A DNA stretch of 59,697 nt from a virus (taxonomy: Duplodnaviria; Heunggongvirae; Uroviricota; Caudoviricetes), in the IMG/VR virus record IMGVR_UViG_3300032007_000013. One strand, given 5' to 3'. This document shows, in pieces, positions 15,837 to 26,668 of this stretch (within the stretch, counting starts at the first letter, position 1; each line of letters begins with the position of its first letter). The notes below the pieces were generated by a model, which worked only from the letters and a program-made list of their open reading frames with translations, did not search any database and had not been told where the DNA came from. A program made the translations under genes and the position numbers.

Positions 15837-15869
15837 TTATTTGTCTCCTTTCTCTCTTTACATATATAA

Positions 15870-15905
15870 AAAGAAAGGGAAAGAATATAATTATTCTTTC
15901 CCTTA
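15870..15905 (-). terminator. Intrinsic terminator
   Basis: Hairpin AAGGGAAAGAAT...ATTCTTTCCCTT followed by a T-rich run on the minus strand. Confidence 0.6.
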
Positions 15906-15965
15906 TATATTAAAATCATATTCTTCTATAAATAAGTAATTATTTAAATAGAAAAATTAATGTAA

Positions 15966-16493
15966 TTAGACCATATTATCAACAATCTTTTTTAATGTAC
16001 CAACATTCTCATCATCAGCTAATTTTTGACGAAGAGTTTCTACATTTAAATCTAAATCACTATAATCAGTCCTTAAAGCATCTAAAATACCATAAATTGA
16101 ATTACGATATTTCATAATACTAATAATACTAGCATTAGCATGTCTTTCAAACCAATCACGATCATCTTCTGGAATTAAATCCCAAATTTGTTTCATCAAT
16201 CCAGAAGCAACAAAATTATCATATAATTTCATTGGATTTTCTTTTTGTTTTTCAGTAAATTTAATATTAGTATAAGCATATAATACTTCCATTTTAATAT
16301 TAAAATCAATTCGAGCAGTATTATAAAATCCTCTTTCGTCGATAGAGTTATTAATAATATTTGTTAATACTTCTAATTTTTTTTCTAATGGAAGAAATTG
16401 CTTTACTTCAATTTGCTCATTACCACAATGAATAATTGTAATTTCATCAAAATTTGGTTTTAAACCTAATTTAGTATATGTAACTTGTGCCAT
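15966..16493 (-). CDS. Hypothetical protein (possible tail assembly chaperone), TAG-free
   Basis: Intact 175-aa ORF with GGAGG SD and TAA stop, immediately upstream of the tape measure gene. Confidence 0.7.
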   Translation of the reverse strand: MAQVTYTKLGLKPNFDEITIIHCGNEQIEVKQFLPLEKKLEVLTNIINNSIDERGFYNTARIDFNIKMEVLYAYTNIKFTEKQKENPMKLYDNFVASGLMKQIWDLIPEDDRDWFERHANASIISIMKYRNSIYGILDALRTDYSDLDLNVETLRQKLADDENVGTLKKIVDNMV

Positions 16494-16528
16494 TTTTTGG
16501 CCTCCCTTATCTCTTTATAATTAATTTT

Positions 16529-16557
16529 ATTATATAATATTTTTTTATAATTGTCAA
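16529..16557 (-). promoter_or_regulatory. Consensus sigmaA promoter for the 15966-16493 gene
   Basis: Minus strand TTGACA (16557-16552), 17-bp spacer, TATAAT (16534-16529). Confidence 0.7.
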
Positions 16558-16561
16558 TAAT

Positions 16562-17677
16562 TTATACTAAATTATTAACAATATTATCTATATCAGACTA
16601 TATGGCCCCAATATCATCTGATAGTTTATTACTACTAGTTTGACTAACAACTGTAGCATTGAACTAAGCCATTACTTCATCTAATGACTCTTTTATCTTT
16701 TTTTCTAAAGCTCTTTTTACAGAAGGTTTCGCCTTATTTAAAGCTACTTCTAGCTATGTAAAATTTAATTTATCAGTAATATTTATAAATTTCTATAATT
16801 GATTACGAATTGTACTAAAATCAAAAATACTAGCTCCCTCACCTTTAATTTGGCCTTCTTTCTCTGTATCTCCGCCGCTCCAGAAACCACGAGAATTAGT
16901 TTGAGCTTTTAAATCATTAGCTAAACGTTGCAAATCAGAACTTAATTTACCATATCTATATCCATGTAATGCTTCCTATTGAGCTAAAGCTACTCGTTCT
17001 GCTATGCTCTATAATACATTAAATTTATTTTGCATTCTATCATGTTTCTCTAAAAAACCAAAATATCCTTCTAAAATTTGTCCAGTATTATATTGAGCAA
17101 TTTCTACACTGACATTATCTTTTGCCTAATTAACAATTCCTTTTGCATAATTAATTGAATTTCGATAATTTTCATACATCTATTGATTATAAATATCATC
17201 TTTATTATCCCATTTTTTACCTTCAATCTGCATTTTTCTCATTGTTTCTAATAAAGTACTTTTAGTATCAATTAATCTAAAACTTCCTAAATGCCATTCT
17301 CCTGTTTGTAAAAATTGTTCTTCGGTTAAATGGAAAGTTATCATTTCTCCATAATAACTAATTGTAATAGAATATTGCCAATCACCATTAAAAGCATGAC
17401 CTATTTCATTTAATAACTTATATCCTTGAATATATAATTGTTCTAACTAAAAACCAGCACGAGCTTGTAATAACTATTTATGAGCAATTCCTGATTGCTC
17501 AGTCATTTTTTTCATAGTAGAAAATTGAAAAATCTCTGTGGCCATTGCCTCATTATATTTATCCTCTTGAGTCTAAATATTTGATAATAATGTTTGAGCC
17601 TATACTTTATATAATAATAGTTTTTCAATAATTTCTGTCTAGGTTAAATCTTTAAAATATTGAAATGTATCTCCCAT
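16562..17677 (-). CDS. Hypothetical protein (371 aa, TAG=Gln)
   Basis: ATG at 17677 with AGGAG SD (MGDTFQYFKDLT...). Many in-frame TAGs, TAA at 16562. Fills an otherwise empty 1.1-kb gap. Confidence 0.7.
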
Positions 17678-17699
17678 AATATATATAAACTCCTAAAAA

Positions 17700-17738
17700 A
17701 AATAAGGAGAGAAATATTTAAATATCTCTCTCCTTTTA
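17700..17738 (-). terminator. Intrinsic terminator after major tail gene
   Basis: Hairpin AAGGAGAGA...TCTCTCCTT with a T-run on the minus strand. Confidence 0.65.
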
Positions 17739-17744
17739 ATTTAA

Positions 17745-18803
17745 TTAACCATTAGCGGCTTTAATTCTATCGCTAAGTAAATCTTCGTGGAATTCTACAC
17801 CTTCAATACCATCAACAGCATAAACACCATTAGGAGTTGCTCCACGATGGACGTCTAAAGAGCTTTCCTCTTCAATAATTTGAACAATAGCAAGAACTTT
17901 CTTACTATGATCAAAACGAGTATAATCAGGGAATGCGTCCATAGTGAAAGTAAAGCTTGAAGGATCACCAGTAGAAGCCATAGTAAATGTAAAGTTAGAT
18001 TGGATCTTACAGTTAGGAATTACAAATTCAGCAGGCATATCTACACCAGCTTCATTACGGAAGAGGGTAGAAGCTTCAAGATAGAAGTTACCACCAAATT
18101 TATCAGGTGTAATTTCAATTTGTTGAGCAGCAGCAGTACGAGCTACATAGAAATCAACAAGAACGCTATCAAATTTTACATCATCAATTTGACCTACAAT
18201 ATAACCAGGATTATCAGCTCCATCATGCATATCATCATAACAATCATGAGCAGTAACGGTAATTACATATTTACCATTTTCATCTGGCTCAATATCGTCA
18301 TTATGAACTGGAATATAAGGTTCAGTTACAATAGTGCCATCACGCATAAACATAACATAAGCAAAATTTTCACCTTTATTACTTGGTAAATAAGGCATTT
18401 GACTCAATGGAATAGAAACAGTAGAACTAGTATTATTTCCATCAGTAGCAGTAGATTTTACTACATCACTTGCATCAACAGTTTCAGTAACATGTTGATA
18501 AATTGGCTTACCAGCAGTAGCGGTGACAAGACCAGCACCAGAAAGAATCATGAAACCTTCAGGAGAGATAAGAGCATCTTCCATTGTAAAGGTAATAGTA
18601 CGTTCACCTTCCCAAGCTACTAAACGAGCATTACCGCGTCCACCATTAGCATAAACAGTAGTAGCAGCACCTTCAAGACTAGAAGTCTTTAATGTATCGA
18701 AATAAATAACTGGTTCATTCTTATAAAAGATTTTGTTACCAACCTGCATGCGGTTCTTAGCACGAAGAACTACATCACAAATTTCGCGAACACCAAATTT
18801 CAT
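17745..18803 (-). CDS. Major tail (tube) protein, TAG-free
   Basis: Intact 352-aa ORF with GGRGNARLVAWEGE and FTFTMASTGDPSSFTFTMDAF motifs typical of phage tail tube proteins. Position fits. Confidence 0.75.
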   Translation of the reverse strand: MKFGVREICDVVLRAKNRMQVGNKIFYKNEPVIYFDTLKTSSLEGAATTVYANGGRGNARLVAWEGERTITFTMEDALISPEGFMILSGAGLVTATAGKPIYQHVTETVDASDVVKSTATDGNNTSSTVSIPLSQMPYLPSNKGENFAYVMFMRDGTIVTEPYIPVHNDDIEPDENGKYVITVTAHDCYDDMHDGADNPGYIVGQIDDVKFDSVLVDFYVARTAAAQQIEITPDKFGGNFYLEASTLFRNEAGVDMPAEFVIPNCKIQSNFTFTMASTGDPSSFTFTMDAFPDYTRFDHSKKVLAIVQIIEEESSLDVHRGATPNGVYAVDGIEGVEFHEDLLSDRIKAANG

Positions 18804-18822
18804 AGTGTATTTTCCTCCTTAA

Positions 18823-19554
18823 TTAATTAGTATGGATATTTTTCATCCAATTATCAGGTTTAGAGTCTGGCTTTCCGCCAGCCAAGCGAGAACGCACATC
18901 TAAATCCCATGCGATCCATAAGTGGTATCTCTCCACTAGATCATATAACTAAAACATAGTTAAATTTACCATAGACTCTATTGGCTACTATAGTCCAACT
19001 GCGAGTATTGATAAATACTAACTTAAAGTACTAGCATTACTACTTCCCTTCTCCGCAGCAATGCGTTCTCTTCCCCTCTATAGCTTTTTTGCTATTTCGC
19101 GGGCTTTGTCTCCACCTGGATTAAATGCTTGCTAATCCATAGGCCCGATAGTTACACAAAAGATATGGCGTAATACTTCCTATAAACTTTCAAAATTATT
19201 TACATCTATTATAACAGGAGACTACTCCTTTTCATTCAATAATAATGAATTTGGTGTAAATAAAATTTGTTTTTTAGGAAATAATAAACTTAAAGTTTGC
19301 TATACTGCTTCTTTTTTATCAGCAGCTTTCTTTTCTTGTAATATCGTCATAAATATCTAAAAATTGTTTATTTGTGATAGAAGATTTTTGTCCTCAATGA
19401 ACATTTCTTTATGTAAAGAAAGACACTAAGCCCCAGTAAAATAAACCTTCTCTCCAATCATAGAAATTTCTTGAATAGATGGCTAATGTATTGTAACCTA
19501 ACATTCTGGGACTGGAATATCACTCCCGCACATTAAGGCTAGCCTATAATCCAT
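18823..19554 (-). CDS. Conserved neck/tail-region protein (243 aa, TAG=Gln)
   Basis: ATG at 19554 with AAGGAG SD (MDYRLALMCGSDIPVPEC...WMKNIHTN). Only TAG interrupts it. Confidence 0.7.
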
Positions 19555-20161
19555 GAGGATACTCCTTAGCCTATTCTTTTTGAATTTCCATCATTTCTTT
19601 AAAACTTTCTTCAAATGATTCTTGTTGCGATGGATTAGGCATCAATTTCTTATCTTCTTCTCCATGATAGGTCTTATACATTAAACAAAGTCCAGCAAAT
19701 TCATCATTTAAAATAATCTAATTAGCTCCTAAAAATTCAATTTTGCCAATCCCTGTTAACTTTTCTCCATTTAGCATTGAGTCAATCTCTGCGGCAATTC
19801 GATAAGGGCGTAAGTCATAATCTCTTAACTGCCACTAATCAAAATGACAAATTATATCAAATTCAATAATATTATCTCTAAACTCTGGATTACCAGATTC
19901 AACAAAATTATCAAAGCTAATAATAATATAACTTAAAACACTTTTATCTATATATAATTTAGGAACTATTTTAATTTCTTTACCGAATAAATTAATTTTT
20001 TCATCAACGGTTAATTTTTTACCATTTAAAGCATCTCTATCTGTATACTTTAAAAGTTTACATAACCTATCATTACTTAAAAATTTATCTACTAATAAAC
20101 GCATATCTTTATTAATAGATAAAAAACTACTTTTTGGTGGATGATAATTTTCAATTTTCAT
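19520..20161 (-). CDS. Putative tail-completion/neck protein (TAG=Gln)
   Basis: ORF 19835-20161 continues through TAG (IICHFD-Q-WQLRDYDLRPYRIAAEID...) to TGA at 19520. Confidence 0.65.
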
Positions 20162-20182
20162 TCACATAATCTCCTTTAACTC

Positions 20183-21319
20183 TTAAAACAATGATTCAAC
20201 AACAATTGTTTTCTAGAAATTTTTCATATGACCGCTGTCTTTTATCCCATACCATAAAGTAAACTATCCACTATAACTAGTATTCCATTTAACTTTTACG
20301 CCAGGAGTCCCACGCTATGTTTTAAATTTTTCTAATGTAACAGGAACTTTCGGTCCATCAATATACCAATCTCCTAATTTATCACCAACAGCCTCAACGA
20401 AATATTCATATTCAACTTTAGGTTTAATAAATGTAGGTCCCACTATATCTTCTTTTGGATTGATTTCTGGCTCTATATTACGTTTAAGGTAAGCTCCAAC
20501 TAATCCTTCTTCAATATTATCTTCTGTTTCATTAGCATAATATTCTTCAGCGGTTATTTCAAAAATTCCTTTTGTGCTAATTGAATCTGTAGCTTCTACT
20601 CTCCAACAAATTTTATTATCAGGAGTATCAGCATCTTTTAAATAAAATTTCTTATATCTCTAAAACTATTTCATAACCTATTCATTTCTTGGTAATAATA
20701 TATGTAAAGTGTGATTTGGTTCATCAACACTAATACCATGTTTTTGAATAAAATTAATTTTAGTTTCAACAGGACCACGAATAGCAGCGTAAGTGCTTTG
20801 TTCATTTCCATCTTCATCAAGCCAATTAATCTAATAATCACATCTACGAATTTCAGCTCTGAAATAAGCTATTTCATCTAAATCCTATAAAGTAATTAGC
20901 CATTGGCTATTTGTGCGACACCATTCAAATACATCGCCTACCTCAAATCCATGTTCAAACCCAATTGAAATAATCTTATCATCATAATCAAACTTATTTT
21001 TATCTGGATTAATGAGTGCTCGCACCGGCAGCGAACGCATATCCTCGTTATCCAGATTTTTTACACTTTGGATTTTTTTTACCCAAGCCCCTTGATAAGA
21101 ATACAATGTTGCTTTATCTAATGACCTTCTTTTATCTCGAATCATTCTTTCTTGCTATGGGAACCCTCCATGATAATGCAATGAAGTAGCCATCTCATTG
21201 GCACCATCAACAGTATCTTTATAATATTTAGGAAAACCTAAATTTCCCATTCTAGCTCCCATTAATTTCATAGCCATATTAGCTCCAATACCAAAGCTAT
21301 GTGAAGCATTACTTTTCAT
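20183..21319 (-). CDS. Putative head-closure/neck structural protein (378 aa, TAG=Gln)
   Basis: ATG at 21319 with AGGAG SD. Includes fragment 20885-21145. Ends ...KTIVVESLF at TAA 20183. Confidence 0.65.
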
Positions 21320-21624
21320 TCTGGATCTCCTATAAATTCATTTATTAAATTTATACATTCAAAAACAGTTTTTCTATAAATAGAAAAATCAACTTCTACT
21401 ACACGTAATCCTTCTAATTTTGATAATAACTATAAAAAAAGCGAGTCATGACAAAAGATTTCATATTTACCAGCTATATCAATAATTACTGTTTCTAGCT
21501 GTTTATCCCAATCTTCATCATTTTCTCGCATTGGAATTAACTTCCATAATTGATTTGTTAATCTAATAGTTTCTTTTTTTATATCTTTATCATCAAAATT
21601 AAATTTATATTTTGTCTAAATCAA
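21316..21624 (-). CDS. Hypothetical protein (102 aa, TAG=Gln)
   Basis: TTG start with GGAG SD (...RLTNQLWKLIPMRENDEDW...YRKTVFECINL). Start and stop overlap both neighbours by 4 bp. Confidence 0.65.
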
Positions 21625-22205
21625 TAGTATACTCCATGACCCACCATATCAGTCCAATTAGACTAATACATTGAATCTTTTTTATTTACTTTTCTACGTT
21701 TATATAAACGCTACATATGAGTAGACTACCTTTGACATTCAGACAAAAGAGTCAACAATTTTTGTAAATGATTAGCTTGTGAAGTCATTTTAAAATCTGC
21801 TCCACTATATTTCATACGTGTATTTTCAATAGAAGTAACTTGTCTTTGTGTCCAATTTATCATCATTAATATAGCAAGAATATTAATTTCTTCGGATGTC
21901 AAGTCAGCAGAAAAAGATGATTTTTCAACCATCACCAATGGTGCACGGCCAAAATCATCTTCTTCAATAGTATCATCCCATAAGATACCAATTATAAATT
22001 CATCTTCAATAACTTCATCTTCTGGTTTAATTTCCTAATCAATTGTATAATCATAAAGATTAAAACGAGGAAATTCAAAATGAGGTAAAGCATCGATTAA
22101 CATCGCTCTTAAATCTTTAATAGTATCTTCTGGAGTTAATTCAACATACATATCATCAGTAATTTTACCAAGAAAGCGATTGTAAATATCTGTGAATAAA
22201 GTCAC
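21621..22205 (-). CDS. Putative head-tail adaptor (194 aa, TAG=Gln)
   Basis: GTG start with AGGAGG SD (MTLFTDIYNRFLGKITDD...DFKMTSQANHL). Includes fragment 21726-21938. Confidence 0.65.
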
Positions 22206-22227
22206 AAAATAACGCCTCCTTCTCTAA

Positions 22228-22776
22228 TTACCCCTAATTTACAACCTTATAATTAGTCTAAGTTCTACGTCCAGTTGCTGGAGCAGCAGCTTTTTGTTCA
22301 ACAGCTTTTTCTGTTGCTTCATCTGGCTCTTGGCCAGCATTAGCAATAGCTTTATCAACATCAAAACCGGTTTTAGCTTTTAAAGCAGCACGTTTTTCAA
22401 AATCAGTTAAAGGTAATTCAACAGCAAACTTTTTAATTAATTCTTGAACTCCAGTAGGAGCAAAATCAAGACAATCAAGAAAAGCATCTAATGTGCCATT
22501 TTTCAAAAGTTCAATAACATCATTTTCTGACATATAATATTCAGGTTCTGTATTAATTCCTAAACTTTTAGGAACACCTTCACTTTGAATTTGTAAGAAA
22601 TTTTGCATCATTTCACGTCCGCCAGGCTGATAACTTAAATGAAGAAGCTCTTCATAAGAAATTCTCTTTGTCTCTCCTGGTGTGAAACGTCTTCTTACTT
22701 TATCCTCTGGAATTGTATATAAAATTACTCCAGCACTACGATTTTTTACATTATAATAATATTTCTTATCTACCAT
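22228..22776 (-). CDS. Hypothetical head-region protein
   Basis: The 172-aa ORF ends at TAG 22258. Readthrough adds QTNYKVVNQG to TAA 22228, which abuts the next SD. Confidence 0.7.
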
Positions 22777-22804
22777 TATTAAATTATCTCCTTTTACTCA
22801 TAAC

Positions 22805-22844
22805 AAAAAATAGGGGAGTGGGAGATTTACTCCCTCTCCCCTTT
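22805..22844 (-). terminator. Intrinsic terminator after major capsid gene
   Basis: Stem AGGGGAGTGGGAG...CTCCCTCTCCCCT with a T-run on the minus strand. Confidence 0.7.
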
Positions 22845-22875
22845 ATCTCAAAAATTATTTAATTAATTTTCTAAA

Positions 22876-24084
22876 TTATGGATTAGTTGTTCCGCCTTGT
22901 GCAGGAGTGGTATTTCCACCTTGTGCAGGAGTTGTATTCCCACTATCAGCACCGCTATCAACACTAGAGCCATCTTCATTAACGGCACCATCGAAACGGC
23001 CATCATAAGTAATAACATTACCAGTGATACCATTAAGGTTCCAAGTATCCATTTGTCCCATGAGAGAAGTATCAACATAGCAGCAAATATCATTAGTTAA
23101 CATAGCAACTACGCCAACCTTACGGTAAACATGAATTTCCTTGCTCCAAGTACCACGGTTATCATCTTCACGAACAAGAGTATTGCCCTCGAAGGCAATC
23201 TTAACAGGCTTGCTGTTAGCACCAGCAGGGATAATCCAGCAATAGCCTGGATCAATAACCTTGCGGCTATTAGTTTCATCTTCAAAGCCTTGGTCAAGAA
23301 TAGTTACTATATGACCCTTGTAATTAGCAAGACGACCTTTTTCCCAAAGTTCTTGCTTCATACCCTCAGTATAACGCCAAGCTTCTTGAGGAATCATTTT
23401 TACAGCAAACTCATAAGTGCAGTAAATAGCAGGAACGCCATAAGCACTAGCAATATAAATTAAACGATCAAATTCACTTTCATCAAAACCGTTAGCAGCA
23501 ACACGGTTTGCTGGAGGAAGTTGATTAATAGAAGCTTTAAGAGCATGAGCAACTTCTTTTGCGATTAACTCTTCCATGCCCTCGTAAACAATACGAGTAA
23601 CTTCTGCGAAATCAACACGACCATCAAGGAACTCTTCAAATCCAATTTGAGCAGCTCCACCGATAGCACTAGTGCGAACTTCGAAAGCCTCTTCAGCTTT
23701 ACCAAGCTTAAAGACTTCATAAACACCAGCAAGACCAACACGAGTAATGAATTGTTTTGCACGATTATTTGAATTGAGCTTACGACGGAAAATAGGTTTA
23801 TCACCTTGACCAAAGGTCTTTACTTCAGCAAACTGCATATAGGTTTCAGTAACCTTACGTGGAAGAACCTCATCAAGAGTTTGTTCAATAAGACTAAAAA
23901 TAGTATTCTTATTCTCACGGTAAGCAGCGTTGGTACCAGCAAGTTCATTTAACTCTCTACGAAGAGTTTCATTTAAAGCATCATAGCTAAGATTCTGCCC
24001 GTTAAAACTATAAGAAGTAGGAGCAGAAGCATCTGCCTTAGCAGTTACTTTCATTAATTGAAGTAAATTATTGAAATCTAACAT
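22876..24084 (-). CDS. Major capsid protein, TAG-free
   Basis: Intact 402-aa ORF downstream of the protease/scaffold and a decoration-like gene. Strong codon bias, followed by a terminator. Confidence 0.8.
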   Translation of the reverse strand: MLDFNNLLQLMKVTAKADASAPTSYSFNGQNLSYDALNETLRRELNELAGTNAAYRENKNTIFSLIEQTLDEVLPRKVTETYMQFAEVKTFGQGDKPIFRRKLNSNNRAKQFITRVGLAGVYEVFKLGKAEEAFEVRTSAIGGAAQIGFEEFLDGRVDFAEVTRIVYEGMEELIAKEVAHALKASINQLPPANRVAANGFDESEFDRLIYIASAYGVPAIYCTYEFAVKMIPQEAWRYTEGMKQELWEKGRLANYKGHIVTILDQGFEDETNSRKVIDPGYCWIIPAGANSKPVKIAFEGNTLVREDDNRGTWSKEIHVYRKVGVVAMLTNDICCYVDTSLMGQMDTWNLNGITGNVITYDGRFDGAVNEDGSSVDSGADSGNTTPAQGGNTTPAQGGTTNP

Positions 24085-24105
24085 TATCTTCTTTCTCCTT
24101 TCTTA

Positions 24106-24912
24106 TTATTGTACACGCATAACCTTAACACCTGGTTGATGGTCAGGCATTGTATAAACCTTAACAACTTGCCATACCATACCAGTAGCGGGCTTAGAAG
24201 CTTTCTTTTCAAGAATACCAGTTGTACCAGGAACTAAATAATCCTTAAGAGCAACAGAAGCATCCTTAATCATATTTGTAGTCATAATATCGCCAACATG
24301 AGTCTTAACAAGACGTGGAACCATAGTAGTTCCTTCTGGCATTAATTGTTCGGTGTAAGGCCCAACAATATGGAATGGATCTTCATTGTAATGAAGTTCA
24401 TACATATCAGGAGCAGCAGTTACATCATCAACAGGCCAACTGTTATTACCAACAGTTACTTTTCCATTAGCAAAAGTAATGGAACCATCTTTAGCATCAA
24501 CGCCATTACCATTGTAATAACGAGATTGTCTATCCCACATTTCATCGGGTTGAAGATTACGATTCTTATCATAACCGCCACCAAATGGGCTATATACACG
24601 AGCTTGATAATTATCCTTAATCATTGCGAATTCAGCATCAATTTGATGATCGCGATAAAGTTTAATTTCATTATATACTAATAACCATTCGCCAGGACCA
24701 GTAAAGTTTACAACACCCTCGGCATAGTCATACTTTGCGAATTGACCATTTTCAAGAATTTGAATATCAGCAGCGGCTGGGAGTTGAGCATATACCTCTT
24801 TAGTAGCTTCGCCAGAGAGGTGGTTAGCTTCAACTTGGCCGTATCCATAACCATTAGCAACAATATAACCAGCTTGGCTTGTAATATTTTTCTTTAAGAA
24901 ATCACTAAGCAT
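24106..24912 (-). CDS. Capsid decoration/cement-like structural protein, TAG-free
   Basis: Intact 268-aa ORF between scaffold and MCP with GYGQVEANHL and VVKVYTMPD motifs and a GAGGAGG SD. Confidence 0.6.
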   Translation of the reverse strand: MLSDFLKKNITSQAGYIVANGYGYGQVEANHLSGEATKEVYAQLPAAADIQILENGQFAKYDYAEGVVNFTGPGEWLLVYNEIKLYRDHQIDAEFAMIKDNYQARVYSPFGGGYDKNRNLQPDEMWDRQSRYYNGNGVDAKDGSITFANGKVTVGNNSWPVDDVTAAPDMYELHYNEDPFHIVGPYTEQLMPEGTTMVPRLVKTHVGDIMTTNMIKDASVALKDYLVPGTTGILEKKASKPATGMVWQVVKVYTMPDHQPGVKVMRVQ

Positions 24913-24931
24913 TTTATATTATCCTCCTCAA

Positions 24932-26644
24932 TTAAAAATTTCCTTCTTTTTGAACTTCAATAGCACGTACTAACCAAGCAGGCATATTATCATACTCGGT
25001 AACAGTACTATCGAGATTATAAGTTGTAGTAGGCTTTTCCTCTTGTGGAGGAGTTGGCTCATCAACAAAACTTACTTTATTACGAACACAAATTACTGAT
25101 AATTTAGCTTCAATTTCATCAAGACTATAAGTATCAATATTGTCAACGCAATCTTTCTTTTGTTCATCAGAAAGCATAAAGAATGTATTATTTATTAATT
25201 CTTTTTTCTTTTCTCTCTCAATATCATTTTTAAATTTAACTAATTTTTCTTTTTCGTCCTTTAACTAATCAAATTTAGTTTGAAGGGCAGAAAATTTTTG
25301 TAATAATTCTTGATATTCAATTACTTCATCAAGATTATACTTTGCCTTTTTCTTTTTTTTCTTATCTTCTTCATCTTCATCTTCTGAATCAGACTTAGAA
25401 TCATCTTTCTTCTCAGGAGCAGGCTTTTTATCTTCTTCTTTCTTTTCTTCAGAAGTTTTACCTTTTTCATCAGCAGGTTTCTTTTCTTCATCCTTCTTTT
25501 CAGCAGGCTTGTCTTCTTTCTTTTCAGAATTAGATGTTTTTTCCTCTTCCTTCTTTTCAGCAGGCTTTTCTTCTTTTGTTTCAGAATCTTCTGGTTTCTT
25601 ATCTTCAGCAGTCTTTTCCTTAGACTTTTCTTCTTCTTCTTTCTTTTTCTTAAACTCAATCTCAAACTTTTGGACATCTTCAAGAGCGAATTGAGCATTA
25701 TCAGAAGGATTAAAATCTAAAGTTACCTTTTTCATTTCTGCACTAGGCATAAATCCTTCTTCATCAGTTAAAGAAAAATCTAAACGATAATATGTTAAAT
25801 CTTGACGATTTTGAAGAATAGCAAATTTTTGGCCACCCTTGTCTTCGTAAATTCCCGCAATTATGTAATCTAAATCGCAATCACAGCGGCAATTTTTCCA
25901 CATATAATCGTAAATAGCATCCCAAAGACGGCCACCAATTTCAACAGCATAAGTATTAAACACTGGTGTTCCTCCTTCATTACTCAAAATTTCTTTCATT
26001 GTAGTCATAAAAGAAAACAATGAATTTTTAAAATTATCCTCAAAAGAGAATTGTACTTTAGATATTGACGCTCCTTCAAAACAAGGTTCAACATCTTCAC
26101 CTAAAATACAAAGTTTTGACATAATTGCTTCGTTAATAATGAAAAACTATGGCTTTCCATTATTATCTTTTGTCCAAAACGCATCTAAAGTATTTTCATC
26201 CAATTCCATAGATTGATTATTACCTTTATCAATAATACGCTAAGACTCTGGATACTAACCAGTCCATATATATCCTTCAGTCATAAGATATTCATGAGGA
26301 ACCCCATCATCTTCAAACCATTGGAACCAAACTTTAGCATCCATAGATACAAAACCATAAGGTTTTGTAGTATCTTTTATATTAATCTTACCATTAGCTA
26401 TTTCAATAACTTTATTATGCTCTTCATAATCGCCTTCTGCATCATTAAAATATCCAACGATAGGACAGCCGGGGATTGAATTTGCTAAGTCTTTCGCAAC
26501 TTCTTTAGTAATTACACTTCTATTGCGATTTGGCTATTGGCCGACATAGCAAACTTTAATCTAACATTTTGAAATAAGAGGATTTACAGGAGTAATATCT
26601 AATACTTCAATTGGCATATCATCCATATTTATACTAACATGCAT
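24932..26644 (-). CDS. Prohead protease-scaffold fusion (570 aa, TAG=Gln)
   Basis: ATG at 26644 with AAGGAGG SD. N-terminal protease-like domain (NRNRSVI...QSMEL...LCILGEDVEPCFEGA), E/K-rich linker, coiled C-terminus. Joins fragments 25265-26122 and 24932-25177. Confidence 0.75.
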
Positions 26645-26668
26645 TTGAAATTACTTCCTCCTTTCTTC

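Noticed and set aside
25321-25698. Lys/Arg-rich 125-aa ORF
   Set aside because: Alternative frame of the E/K-rich scaffold linker.
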